Both the position numbers and the translations under genes were made by a program. Shown one piece after another: positions 1-13,006 of a DNA stretch of 64,000 bases; positions within the stretch are counted from its first letter, which is position 1, and every line of letters begins with the position of its first letter. Below the pieces are notes generated by a model. It had not been told where the DNA came from. It did no database searches and saw only the letters and a list, made by a program, of their open reading frames with translations. The DNA comes from Podarcis liolepis (lineage: Eukaryota), in NCBI GenBank assembly GCA_965112155.1, contig OZ218098.1; one strand, 5' to 3'.

Positions 1-231
1 CTGTTGTGCTTATGCCACCTTGGCCCAAGGCAAGCGACGCGTGCCTATCCACCATTTTCCTAAGGCAAGCAGCCTGCCCACACATCTCGGGAGTGAGGCC
101 CGATGCACCAGCTTCCTGAACGGGGGGGGGGGGGTTGGCCTTCAAGAGCAGGAGACCCCCCCCCGAGTCAACGGCAGAGCGCCCCTTCCCCACCTCCCGC
201 AGCCTCCCCCAGCCGCCCCCCCCCCGCCTCA

Positions 232-900
<669 letters not shown>

Positions 901-1707
901 GGACACGGTCCCTTGGGTTCCTTTTGCTCCCTTTGCTCAGGTGCATCGCCATCGTCGGACGGAGGTTTGAGCAAGGAAGCGTCGCTCTCCCGTTTCTGGC
1001 CCCTCCGTCTCTTTCTGCCCAATCTTAGAACTGAGGGAGGTGCGGGTTCCTTTGCTGTAAGTGGCATCTTGCGACGCAAAGAACAAAGTTGTTGCACTCA
1101 TTGCTGTATATTGGTTTCGAAAATGCTAAAAAGAATAATATCCTGGATGGGGATGTGTGTCTGAAGTGGGCCTTGCCTTAAAATGAATGAAACACAGAGC
1201 TGTGCTTCTTGGGCAATTACGGCAGTCGGAGACTAGTGACGCCCCATAAAAAAGAACCTACTGCAAAGAAAAAAGCTATTGCCAGTTCAGAGCAGTACTG
1301 TATAGCAATCAGTTTTGTAGCATAATTCCTTAAGTGGTGGTGCAATTCATCTCCAAAAAGCTACTGTAAGGGTGGTGGGGTCCTTAAGAGATGGATTTTT
1401 AGCATGAGCGGATCTAGGCTCTTCTTTTAGGAACATTAAGGTAAAGAGCTTTTCAGCTGTTCTTTCAGGCTCAAGATCACTGAAAGCAAACAAGAGTGGT
1501 GCTTTGCCCTACTGCTCCACTCCAGATCTTCTGTAACCTTCAGACCACAAATACAACCCAAACAGGAAACTGGCGAGATACAGAGTGATACCAGCCTCCT
1601 GCCCCCCTGCATGTGTAGAGCCATTAATAAAGGGAAGAACACAGAAGACATAGAAACCTTCTCTTGATTTTTCTTTCTCTGGTGCAGGACTAGGCGGCTG
1701 GAGGGAA

Positions 1708-4700
1708 ATGAACTGGAGATTATATTACAGAGTCTCTGCAGGAAGGCATGCACTTTGTGCTGAAAGTTTTCAGAGACCAATAGGTAAGTAACAGTCTAAT
1801 ACAGAAGAATATGAATGAACTGGAAGGGGCATATCAGATTTTGGAAGAGTTAGGAGAGCTAAGACCTGGAATGGAAAAGCTTACAGGTACTCAGGGAGAT
1901 TGTTGGAATGTTTAGTATAAATAGGAAAGTTGAATATTGGAAGGATTCTTTCAGTGCATCAGACTGTTGGCTGAGTACTCTGACAGACAACTGCTCTCCC
2001 AAGTTCTCAAGTGGACAGAGGCCTTGGCCCTGCTACCTGAGATAACTAGAGATTCCAGGGACATTGTGCATGGAAAACATACAGTCTACCACTGACCTAA
2101 GGTGTTTCCTCTATGAACCAATTTAGAGTAGGTAATTTTTTACATCTATCTGTCTAGAACACTTTTAGCCTGCAAAATGGTTTATAACTCTCACATCCTC
2201 CGAGGAGCCATATGAAGGAAGTGCAGTAAAATGTAACCTCAGACTTTTGCAGTGTATCCCCCTTTATCCCCTTTTGTTGCATAAAGTGTGAGTCTCCTTT
2301 GGAGCAAAACCCTGTTGCTTTGTCTATACAACTGCATGAGGAGATACTTAATATTAATTTATGTTCTTTGGCAAATACTAGTCATATAGTCAGTGTGGTG
2401 TAGTGGTTAAGAGCGGTAGTCTCGTAATCTGGTGAACCGGGTTCGAGTTTCTGCTCCTCCGCATGCAGCTGCTGGGTGACCTTGGGCCAGTCACACTTCT
2501 CTGAAGTCTCTCAGCCCCACTCACCTCACAGGGTGTTTGTTGTGGGGGGGGGAAGGGAAAGGAGAATGTTAGCCACTTTGAGACTCCTTCGGGTAGTGAT
2601 AAAGCGGGATATAAAATCCAAAACTCTAACTCTAAGCTCTCATATATAATACAAGGCTAGGAAACCTTTCCCATTCTCCAGGGCTCCACTTGCGGGGGGA
2701 GGAGTAGTCAAGGCTATACACCTGTAGTGTTTGGGTCCAAGGCCAAAAGAAGGCAGGGTCAAAGCATACATAGACACTCACATCCTATTCACAAACCTAC
2801 ATACAGTGGTACCTTGCTTTACGAACTTAATCCGTTCTGGAAGTCCATTCTTAAACCAAGGCGCGCTTTCCCTAATGAGGCCTCCCGCTGCCAGTGCCTT
2901 TCCACCATTCGGATTCCGTTCTTAGACCGAGGTAATGTTCACAAACCGCGACACTACTTCCGGTTTTGTGGAGTTCGTAAGCCGAATCGTTCGTAAACAG
3001 GACTGTTCTTAAACCAAGGTACCACTGTACATAACACGTGCACATATACACGCTGTATCAGGCTGCCAGTGTAGTGCCCTCTCTTCAGCAGACAGGTTGG
3101 TAAGTGACCAGGAAGCATCAGAGTCATAGTTCAACAACCTCTGAAGAGTGCCACGTTCTGCTTGCATGGCTTCTGTGCTACATGCTGAGAAAGGGACTCC
3201 CTTTCTCCATGCTTAGCCCAGGAACTGCCAATGGGGGAAGAAAGTAATCTCTTCCTTCAGAAGCAGCTTAGTTAACTTTTGTGCTGCACAGTGTGAAAGG
3301 GACTCCTTTTCTCACTGTCTAGGATAAAAATGCACCACACTGCCCATGAAGGAAGAACTGCTCAGCTCAGCTCATGGGCAGCTCAGCAGCAGGACTCAGC
3401 CATCTTCCCTCTTTCCCACTACTGAGCAGTAATTTTCAGTAAGCTGAGCAGCACAGGGCAGTGCGAGGTTTTCCTCCCCTCACTATGATCTGTTCTCCCC
3501 GGGCTACTTCACGGATTGAATATTACAGCTCAGAAGTGGGGGCGAGGGTGGGGGGGAAGGGGGCTAAGTAGATGGATCTGGATCTGGGAAAAGACTGGCA
3601 AGCTAAAGGGGCGATCCTGTGGGCCACACCTGGATTATGAAGTGAAGATTCCCTACCTCAAAATAAATGTTTAATTAACTAAATTAGGGTTAATCCTATT
3701 GCTCCCACTTTACTTGTGAGTAAGCCTCATTAAATTTAATAGGACATCTTAGTAGGCATCGTTGGGATTGCACTGTTAAATGGGTTTTCTATTCCTCAGC
3801 GATATTTCATATAACCAACTATTACAAGCCCTGCATTTGAAAATGGTTGTTATGTTTTATAGGATGGAGGAATTGCTGGATATGTTCCCAGCAACATTAT
3901 TATGGGAATTTTTCTGGTTCTATGGCCTGCAGAAAACTGCTTCTAACTTCACTGAAACCCACCTTCGTCTTTCCAAATGGAAATCTTTTCTTTCAAAGAA
4001 CTCCAGAAAGCAGAATAGAAAAGATTGCAAGTACCTATGGAGTGAGGTATGATATCCTTTCTCCTGCTCATTTTGACTTTGAATTCTTCCACCTTCCTTC
4101 ACAAAACGTGCTTGAGACGCTTGTATTTATTTGTGTTTCTCTACCTTATCCCATAAGAATATAAGAATCTCCTTGACTTAAAGTGCGCTCCTGGTTCTTC
4201 CTTTGCAGCTGTGGCTTCAGTTATTTTAGAATTCAAGCAAAGGAAGTGTTGAGAGCACACTTTAAGTCATATGACACCAGACACAGGACGAGTAAAGCCA
4301 CATTGTTAAAAACAATGCCAATTCACTGCTAATATGAACTGAGGGAGTTTTCTCCCAGTAATCTCATTCTGGTGAATGGCATTCGAATGTGTTTCTTTGT
4401 AACCCGTTGCATATGTTGCTGGCAGGCCCTTTTCATTATCCACTGCTCTAATGGTATTCTTTGGAGGTGGCAGAGGAAGAAATGATGGTCAAAAGGAGCA
4501 GCTCACCCTGAAGGATGTGGCAGAACTAATTCAGAAGAAAGAATGCAAGAGAGTCATGGTGATGACTGGAGCAGGGCTCAGCACTCCTAGTGGTATCCCC
4601 GATTTCAGGTAACACTCAAACTGCTGTCAAGGCCTTGCTCTCTTGACTGTACAGACATTTCCCCTGCTCTGTAAAGTCTCCACCTTGCGGAAACTCTTCA

Positions 4701-7700
4701 GCAGCCACCACACTGTCCAGTCATGGATGGAGCAGCTTCAAGAAGCAGGGCACAGGCAGTAAGAGTGAACCAGGCTCTTTTTTTGGAATTGAATGAAGAG
4801 GCTGGTACTGTAGGTGTAACTTTTTTTCCTATCCCAACATTGCGCCAAACAAGGTTCATTAATGGTATAGTCCCTTAATGCTAAATAAATGCCATCTGGT
4901 TTTATGCTACATGGAGGATGCCACAATAGGTCCTTTAACTATTTAATTTGATTTTCTTGCATCCAAAATTTCCCCTTTTATGGATTGCAACCTATGTTCA
5001 AAAACAGATAGCAACAGAATCCAGAGCAAATACACCAGGTGTTGTGCATGAAGTGACAGACCCGCATTTGTGAACAGAATGCTATTTCACCAGTCACGCA
5101 CCTCCCCCTCCTTCATGTGGCTTGTCAGCTGCCTTTATTTAAATTTTGAAAGCATTTTGTGAACACTTATGCCTATAACCATTCAGCCATTGCCTTATTT
5201 TTTAAAAAAGAAACTTTTAACAGTTTTCTTTTCAAAAAATAAGGCAGTAAAGTGAAAAACCACTATTGGGGATTAGAGAGGTATGTTTTGGGTGGCTTTA
5301 TGCAGTGCCAGCCAGTGTCCTGCACAATCATCTTCTGCTTTGAACTTTCAGCACATTTCTTTTTTCAGAGAAGGAAGGCATGTTTAATCTGAGTATTTAT
5401 GTAAAGATCTTTGGTCTCAGGGAAGTGTCACATTTTGCTGTAGTTCTCATTTGCTTGTTTGATCCTGCTATGCTGATAAAGAGTGAAACAATATGTTACT
5501 ATATCAAATCAAAACACCCTTACCCTGTTTGAAGTTCTCTTACCAGGCATGCTATCAGCTACCCTCCTTCTCATTTTCTGGTATCATTGTCACAGGGTCT
5601 TCTCCCATCTTAAAAGCGCCATTGCTTCTTGAGAGAGGCCTCCACTGCTGAATTCTCCTTCCTGTTCACCATAAGCTGTTCACATATCAACTGATAGGCC
5701 ACTTTGGTGGTATGTCTTCTTGACAAACTTGTGATAAAATATTCCTAAACTGTGTTTCCTCATATGTGAATTTACTTCTAATAGGGGTATACCAGCACAT
5801 GAAAAACCTTTGCAATGGCTTGGTTTCCTGGCATGTTCTGTAGTTTTCTTCCCCTCTTGTCTCCACAGGTCCCCTGGGAGTGGCCTCTACAGTAATCTCC
5901 AGCAGTATAATATTCCTTATCCAGAAGCCATATTTGAGCTTAATTACTTTTTCCACAATCCTAAGCCTTTCTTTACATTGGCCAAGGAGTTATACCCTGG
6001 CAATTACAGGCCCAACTATGCTCATTACTTTCTCCGACTTCTACTTGACAAAGGGCTCCTTCTGCGTCTGTACACACAGAACATTGATGGGCTGGAGAGA
6101 GGTACGTCTCCCCATCCCCTCAATTTGGATCTAAGAAATAAAAATCTAGGCTAATGTTAGAGATACTGCAGCAAACCTTTGGATGGCAGGGAGAGTATTC
6201 TCCACTTCCTTTGCGTTGATGGAACGTTTGGGCCGAATTGACCTTAACTCTGAGTTTTGTGTTCTAGTTGCTGGGATTCCTCCAGATAAACTAGTTGAGG
6301 CTCATGGTACATTTGCTTCTGCTACATGCACTGTCTGTCGAAGGTCATACCCTGGTGAAGACTTCAGGGTAAGTGACAGCACAGCAGATACACCACTCCA
6401 GGAATATCAAGCATACTCCAAAGGGTGCTGGTTATGTTTGGCTTAGGGACCAAGAATCTTGTTTTGCGGGGTTCACAGGTTTGCTTTTACTTTCATTAAT
6501 GCTTGGGGTGTTCAGTTAATAGTACCAACGGAAAGTGTCCCTTGTAATTTCAAGTGATGTAATGTGTGGCTTATACTGCCTGATTGTGGACTCATATCCT
6601 GCTTTCTGTGTTATCATTATAGGAGGATGTGATGGCTGACAAGATCCCCAAGTGCCCTGTGTGTACTGGAATGATCAAACCTGACATTGTTTTTTTTGGA
6701 GAGGAGCTCCCTCATCGGTTCTTCTTGCACGTGACAGATTTTCCTATGGCAGACCTGCTCTTTGTCATCGGAACCTCCCTTGAGGTCTGCGCTATCATGA
6801 ACATGGAAAGAGAATGAAAGCTGGGGTATTGAGACAGAGTGGTTCGGGGACTCTGGAAAGCAATGCGGATCCAAAGGGAAAGCGAGGGTGGCAATTCAGG
6901 GATCAACAAAGTCGAGTGCATCTTGGGAAATGTGTAAGAAGGATTTATAAATAGCTCGGGAAGCATAGATTGCCAAAATCGAAGAAATGATTTTGTGTAT
7001 CTAGTGATGTAGGGAGAGGCAGAATCAGAGTTGTTGTCTCTCAGTGGCAGAGCAGAAGTAAATGTGCCTTAAGCACAGACATATGACAAGACAGTCTTCA
7101 CTAAATATTGTTGTGTATAAAGTCAGGAATATTGGAAATGCAAGCAGTTTTTCCTCTTTGACATTATCCCAGCACACACAATAGAAATCTTAACATGCAC
7201 ATTGCCTCCATCAGCAACTGTGTTAGCAGGGGAAAGGGAGAGCAATATGGACTCAAATCACCTGTACTGTAGGGATCAATGATGAATCAGTACACCCCAT
7301 TTCCTAAATAAGAAGCATGTAGATTTCCTTAGCTGCTGTTCAAATGTTCTGCATTAATTGAGGGTGAATAGCTGGTACAGTGTATGGCCAAGGGCAGGGG
7401 TCAGCAAACTTTTTCAGCAGGGGGCCGGTCCACTGTCCCTCAGACCTTGTAGGGGGCTGGACTGTGATTTTTTTTTGGGGGGGGGATGAACAAATTCCTA
7501 TGCCTCACAAATAACCCAGAGATGCATTTTAAATAAAAGCGCACATTCTACTCATGTAAAAACATGCTGATTCCCTGACCGCCTGTGGGCCGGATTTAGA
7601 AGGCAATTGTGCCGAATCTGGCCCCCGGGTCTTAGTTTGCCTACCCATGGCCAAGGGTATGCACCCTGAAATAGGAAGGCTTTGGTTCAAATATTAGATT

Positions 7701-9334
7701 AGATACAAACTCACTGGATGGCCGTGAGCAAGTCATTTTCTTACAAGCCTCAGCTATACTCTTTCACTTAGGAATAATATTGCTAACCTACCTACCTGAC
7801 TTGTTGAAAGGATAACCTGAAATAATCTTAAATTTGAATTGCTTTGAGTGGGCATTTAGCAGAACCACTGTCCAATAGGTAATATATTTCCTTTTTGTTA
7901 GCAGGTTCTCATTTACACTACCATATAGCCCTCTTCATTAACCAGTATTTGGGTGCTTTATTACAGTTGTTCGATAGATCAATAGATCTCAAGGTGTTAT
8001 GAATTTCTTTTGAGCTGTGACTTTCACTTTGGAGCAGAACATGCAGCCTTTTCCTTTTGGTGTTTGGATTTTAGGTGGAGCCATTTGCCAGTCTAGTTTA
8101 TGCAATTCGTAGCTCTGTTCCACGTGTACTGATCAATCGGGAATTGGTGGGACCATTCGCTCATCAGCCACAGCACAGTGACGTGGCTGAACTGGGAGAC
8201 GTCATCATTGGAGTAGAAAAAGTAGTGGAACTGTTGGGCTGGAAGGAGGAGTTGCAAGAATTAATGAAGAAGGAAAAAGAAAAGGTATGAAAGTTCGTGT
8301 TGAAAGGCTTTTATTCTCTAACCCCATTTCACTTGCAGAATCTCTCATGAGTGCAAACATTGCAGGAGTTCTGAAAACAGCAGTTAATCACCTGTCTTGA
8401 CATAATATGACCTGTACAGGATGGGGGGTATCTGGCATACCAGTAGTACATGTGAAAAGGTTCTCGATGTCATGGTAGACCACAAGTTTAACATGAATCA
8501 ACAGTGTGATACAGCAGCAAAAAAGCTAATGCTATTCTAGGCTGCATTAACAGAAGTATGATGTACAGATCAAGGGAAGCAATGATATCACTCTATTCTG
8601 TCTTGGTCAGACCACACTTGGGCACTGTGTCCAGTTCTGGGTGCCACAATTTAAAAAGGATATTGACAAGCTGGAACATGTGCAGAGAAGGGTGACCAAG
8701 ATGATCAAGGGTCTGGAGACCAAACCTCATGAGGAATGGTTGAGGGAGTTTTTTTCTCCTGCTCTGGAGGGTAGGACCCAAACAAAAGGTTTCAAGTTAC
8801 ATGAAAGGAGATTCTTAGTAAACATCAGGAAGACCTTTTTAACTGCAAGAGCTGTTTGACAGTGGAAGGGGCTCCCTCGGAAGGCGGTGGACTCTCCTTC
8901 ATTGGAGGTTTTTAAGCAGAGGTTGGATGGCCATCTGTCATGAATTTCAAGGGATTGTACTATTTGATTATGATTTATATACCACCCTTCATTCGAAGAT
9001 CTCGGGGAGGTAAACAGCATAAAAATACAAAATAAGAACAAATCAAATGAATGCCCCCCCAAAAAACAATGGACTAGATGAGTCCCTTCCAACTCTATAG
9101 TTCTGTGATTCTGCGACGATAGAATTAATGACATTTTCCTATGTATTTATTGTATTCTTACAACTCAACAGTGATATGCTTTCATTTAACTGTAAACGAA
9201 TCATTTCCTTCTCTGTGTTGTTGCTTTTGCACTTTAGTCAGTATCAGCTGTTGAACGGATGGACTTTGGAACAAGCAAGCTTCATAGACAAATAATGTTC
9301 TTTCTATTTTTAGCTGGATGCAAAAGAAAAATAG
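1708..9334 (+). CDS. SIRT3: NAD-dependent protein deacetylase sirtuin-3, mitochondrial (~389 aa from the putative ATG at 1708)
   Basis: Exons 1688/1708-1783 (putative), 3863-4046 (putative), 4426-4608, 5869-6101, 6268-6368, 6623-6784, 8075-8284, 9314-9334, all GT-AG with consistent phases. Motifs [27 protein letters not shown], CxxC...Cxx[18 protein letters not shown]; C-terminus LDAKEK*. The core is certain; the start codon is not. Confidence 0.93.
2388..2640 (+). mobile_element. tRNA-derived squamate SINE (Squam3-like)
   Basis: Pol III A-box (TGGTGTAGTGG) and B-box (GGTTCGAG) head with a simple-repeat tail. A near-identical copy lies at 43704-43961. Confidence 0.8.
2804..3027. mobile_element. 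Tc1/mariner(pogo)-type MITE
   Basis: TIR CAGTGGTACCTTG...CAAGGTACCACTG with TA on both sides. Confidence 0.85.
7395..7649. mobile_element. hAT-type non-autonomous DNA transposon
   Basis: Imperfect TIR CAGGGGTCAGCAAAC...GTTTGCCTACCCATG. Perfect 8-bp TSD GCCAAGGG (7387-7394, 7650-7657). Confidence 0.85.
8385..9115 (+). mobile_element. CR1 LINE 3' fragment (degenerate RT C-terminus plus 3' UTR)
   Basis: Translates to ..[25 protein letters not shown].., typical of CR1 ORF2. CR1-type 3' end GGACTAGATG..CCCTTCCAACTCTA..TTCTGTGATTCT at ~9071-9112. Confidence 0.85.
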
Positions 9335-10046
9335 GAAATCTGACCCCTGCTGTTGGAAATGATGTTTACCTCCTAAAGGACTGTTCGCTGCAGCCAAAGG
9401 TTACAGCAATAAGAGCAGAGAACTGGAGGAAAATATGCTCTCCATTGTGCTAGCACCCAGTAGGTTAGAAAAACTAAAAATCATTCAGAGAGTCTAGTTG
9501 CACATGGATGTCCTCTGAAGGATCTTGGGAGATGATGATCAAATGGCAGGTTGTGAATTTGCTTTTGCATAAGAGGCTCTAGATACCAGGGTGGAAGATG
9601 AAGATGTACATTATAGCTGCTACTTCCCATTAAACTTCACCTCTTAAGCTGTTTCTCCAAACAAACTCTTCAAATGTTTTCTAAACCATCACAGATCTTG
9701 TAGTGTTCCACTACTAGCCTTAGCTGCAATAGCATTCATCACAGTTATGCTGAATCTGACATTGTACCAACTTGTGAAAGAATTTGGATTAGGCCAGCTT
9801 TCATAACTAAGCTTAGAAGTTTGACTGTTCAGTCAGTGTGTCTTCTGCTGTAGCTTCTGTGAAGATCAATCTGAAAGCTGCTATTCTAAAATAATTTGAT
9901 GTATTAATATGCAGTGTATCATTTATGTAACATGAAAAGATAAGGGGTGTGTAACTACACTTCTAGCAAGAAATGACAATGAAAAGTGTAGTGAAGCTGC
10001 TGTTTGAACTTGAATGAACACTTATTGAGTGGCAATAATTAGTCAA

Positions 10047-10052
10047 AATAAA
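10047..10052 (+). terminator. Probable SIRT3 polyadenylation signal
   Basis: AATAAA about 710 nt after the stop, followed by T/GT-rich sequence. Confidence 0.5.
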
Positions 10053-10809
10053 AGCATGTTTCAGCAGTCTCTCAATATTCTGTCTGCAGATTTCTCAGTA
10101 TTTAAATTCTAAACTTGTATTTTCTGTCCTTTAATTCATTTAATGGGGAAAAAAGTATTGTGGGCATCATTCACATAATTGTCTGACATTTTTCTGGGTG
10201 TTATTCAGCATCTTTGAATGACAGGCTTTTATCTGTTTAAAAGAGATGCGGGGCTTCTGGGTTTCTTCTTTCAATATGTAATTGTTGACAAAGAGATGAA
10301 AGGAAGCTCGGGGTGGTTAGAACAGTGTTATTTGTAGTGTTACCCTGAATTAACATTGAAATTGTGGAACCTATTAAATCTAGTACTGCTACTTTATGAA
10401 CTTTAAATCACCATGAAGATGCAAACACCACTTTGTACATGTCAAGTGTGTGTAGCTTAATATTAACTTTGTGGTTGTGCCATCCAATAACCATGTAAGC
10501 CAAGGATTACCCTTTGCTTTTAGGAATTGTGACTTGTTTGCTCCCCCAGTTTGAAGAACTCTACTTATTTCTCTCCAATTACAATCAACCTCAGAGGCTG
10601 GATCCCCCGCCCCCAAGCTCTATTTTCGGCAAGGCCGTTTTTGCAAAGAGCTTCTGATAATTTGAATGTGCCAACAGATTTGTTTATATGAATGTGTGAT
10701 TCAAATATTGGATTGGAAAGCTCTTGAATTTAGGATAAGCCATTCAAATGAGACATTTGAATCACCAACCCTTCTGAAGTGTGTGTGTGTGTGTGTTTGC
10801 TATATACTG

Positions 10810-11290
10810 TCACCTCTTACTTCTCTTTTTGCCAAACTAAAAATGCTGCAACATTTCCTTACATGCGAGTACCTCCATCATATTGGTTGCCTTTTTCTAA
10901 ACCTTTTCCAACTCTACAATATTGTTTTTGAGGTGCGGCAACCAGAACAGTACAGTACACAGTATTTCAAATGTTGTTGCACCCAAGATTTGTATAACAG
11001 CAGTTTTATTTTCAGCTCCTTTCCTAATGCTCCCTAACATGGAATTTGCCTTTTTCACAGCTGCAGCACAGTGGAGCAGCATCTTCCATGGAGCCATACA
11101 CTACAACACCAAGGCGTTCCTGGTCACTGTCAGTTTAGAACCCATGAGCATACACATGAAGTTAATTTGACTTTTTGGTCCTGATATACATCATTTTACA
11201 CTTGCTTCCACTGAATTGCTTTTGCCCTTTCATTCAATTTGGAGAGTCGTTTTGGAGTTCTTCATAAGCTTTGTTTTAATGACCCCAAAC
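10810..11290 (-). mobile_element. CR1 LINE fragment
   Basis: Minus-strand translation ..CAAAVKKANSMLGSIRKG..FWLPHLKNNIVELEKV, a CR1 ORF2 motif. Confidence 0.8.
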
Positions 11291-11904
11291 AATTTTATTT
11301 TAATGACAAGGAAGACAAAAGGAATATCAATGGCCATAAGGCATGATGGCTACATGAACAACAGGGGAAGGCTTGGTTGTGGGCTTCCTGCAAGTGCCTG
11401 ATGATCACTCTGGGAAACAGGATACCAGGCAGACCTTTGGTCTGATGTGCAGACCTTCAATTAGTTTCATTGGGTTGAAACGTAAGTGATTAATAACCTT
11501 TTAACTATATATTAGGAGGATGGGGTATGCAGAAGAGTCATAATTATACTCAGTGTTAGTTTGTGGAGATAACCCAAAGTTTCCAACATTTTCAAACACT
11601 ACAGCTAGAATCAGAGGCAGCTGGAAGATCATCCAGTCCGATGCAATGGGCGGGATACTCCACATATGTGATCACTACAGACTGACTGATAGACACCAAT
11701 GGCCTCAGTGAGGTTTAGTTTGTTGAAAGCACAGAAAGTTCCACCGCTCACCCACATGGCATTGTGCTTGAGTACAACACTGCTATAACTGTACTCCACC
11801 CAGTTTGGCTGCAGTTACATTGCCAAGAAATTAATTTCTAATTGCTCAGATACAATCACCCAAATAATCAACAGATGCACGCATATTGTTATCTGAAGGC
11901 TTCA

Positions 11905-11910
11905 TTTATT
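11905..11910 (-). terminator. Possible RIC8A polyadenylation signal
   Basis: AATAAA on - about 1.1 kb after the RIC8A stop. Confidence 0.4.
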
Positions 11911-13006
11911 CTAGTGAAAATCTTTATATTTGTGCTAAGTTCAGAAACTGTTGGCAAAGTTGGAAACAAAGTAGGAGATGGGGGCTGCTTTTTTAAAACA
12001 GAAAAGCCTATGATCAGGATGAAGGTACATAACACGGTGAATGCAGAGTGCTGTGGATAGAGGGGAACTGAAGCAGATTTAGAGTGTGGTTAAGCAATTG
12101 GTCACCGCCTTTTGTCTGAAGAGCACAGAGAGTGAGAGTAGTCCAGAAACTAAACATGGTAGAAAGAGGAACATGGTGTCAAGGTTATAGTGGGGATTAG
12201 AGGCCTCCTGGCCCCAAATTATCAGCAAACGCAAACATTAATGTCGCTGTGAGCAAAGGATATCTCAAGAGGTTTGCACATTATCTCAGATAATGGACAC
12301 ATACTGCACATATACATACTATTTCAACAATGCATGTTTCCTTACCTGCATGTTTCCATACACATGTAATGTGTCTTAAAGGAACTGCCTAAAAATGTGA
12401 CTGATTGCCACACACATTGCACTTATATGCCTCCAGGAGTATGCTTTCTTGCATTTCACATGTAAAAAAAAATGCAGGCTTCTCATTGTTCACACTTTTC
12501 TATAATATGCCCCAGTCGTGTATGCAAATAGACATTTACCAAGAATATCCGTGTGTTTTAAACACCACCACGCTGTATGGTTGCTGCATTATGTGCATTG
12601 CACAAGTATCAATGCACGCACACATATATATCACCTGTGTGTATCACATTTTAGTCCCATATAAGTAACTCTGCAGTGCACTCACAGCACCCTTAAGTGC
12701 TACTAAACCTTGATATAATAAGAGATTGCCCTTCCCTCCATGAAATTTCTGCTCAAAAATCCTTGGAATCGGAGTGTAATAATCTTGTGGACACAGAGGG
12801 AAAACAGATCAAAAGAGCTAAGCTGTAAAGAGCTCTCTAAGGTAGGAGTGTTATAGAGCTAGAGAAGAAACAGATGTTATACCACTCTGGGCGGTGGAGA
12901 TCCATCCCACGGGAAGTCCTTTCTTAGGACTGGTCTCCTGATACAGCACCTGTTACAGAGAGAGAATAGAGGGTCCATAGGTTTTTGAGGAACAGGAAAT
13001 GTTTTT

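Noticed and set aside
2388-2460. tRNA-like A/B boxes (also 43710-43770)
   Set aside because: These are SINE heads followed by a SINE body and tail, not tRNA genes.
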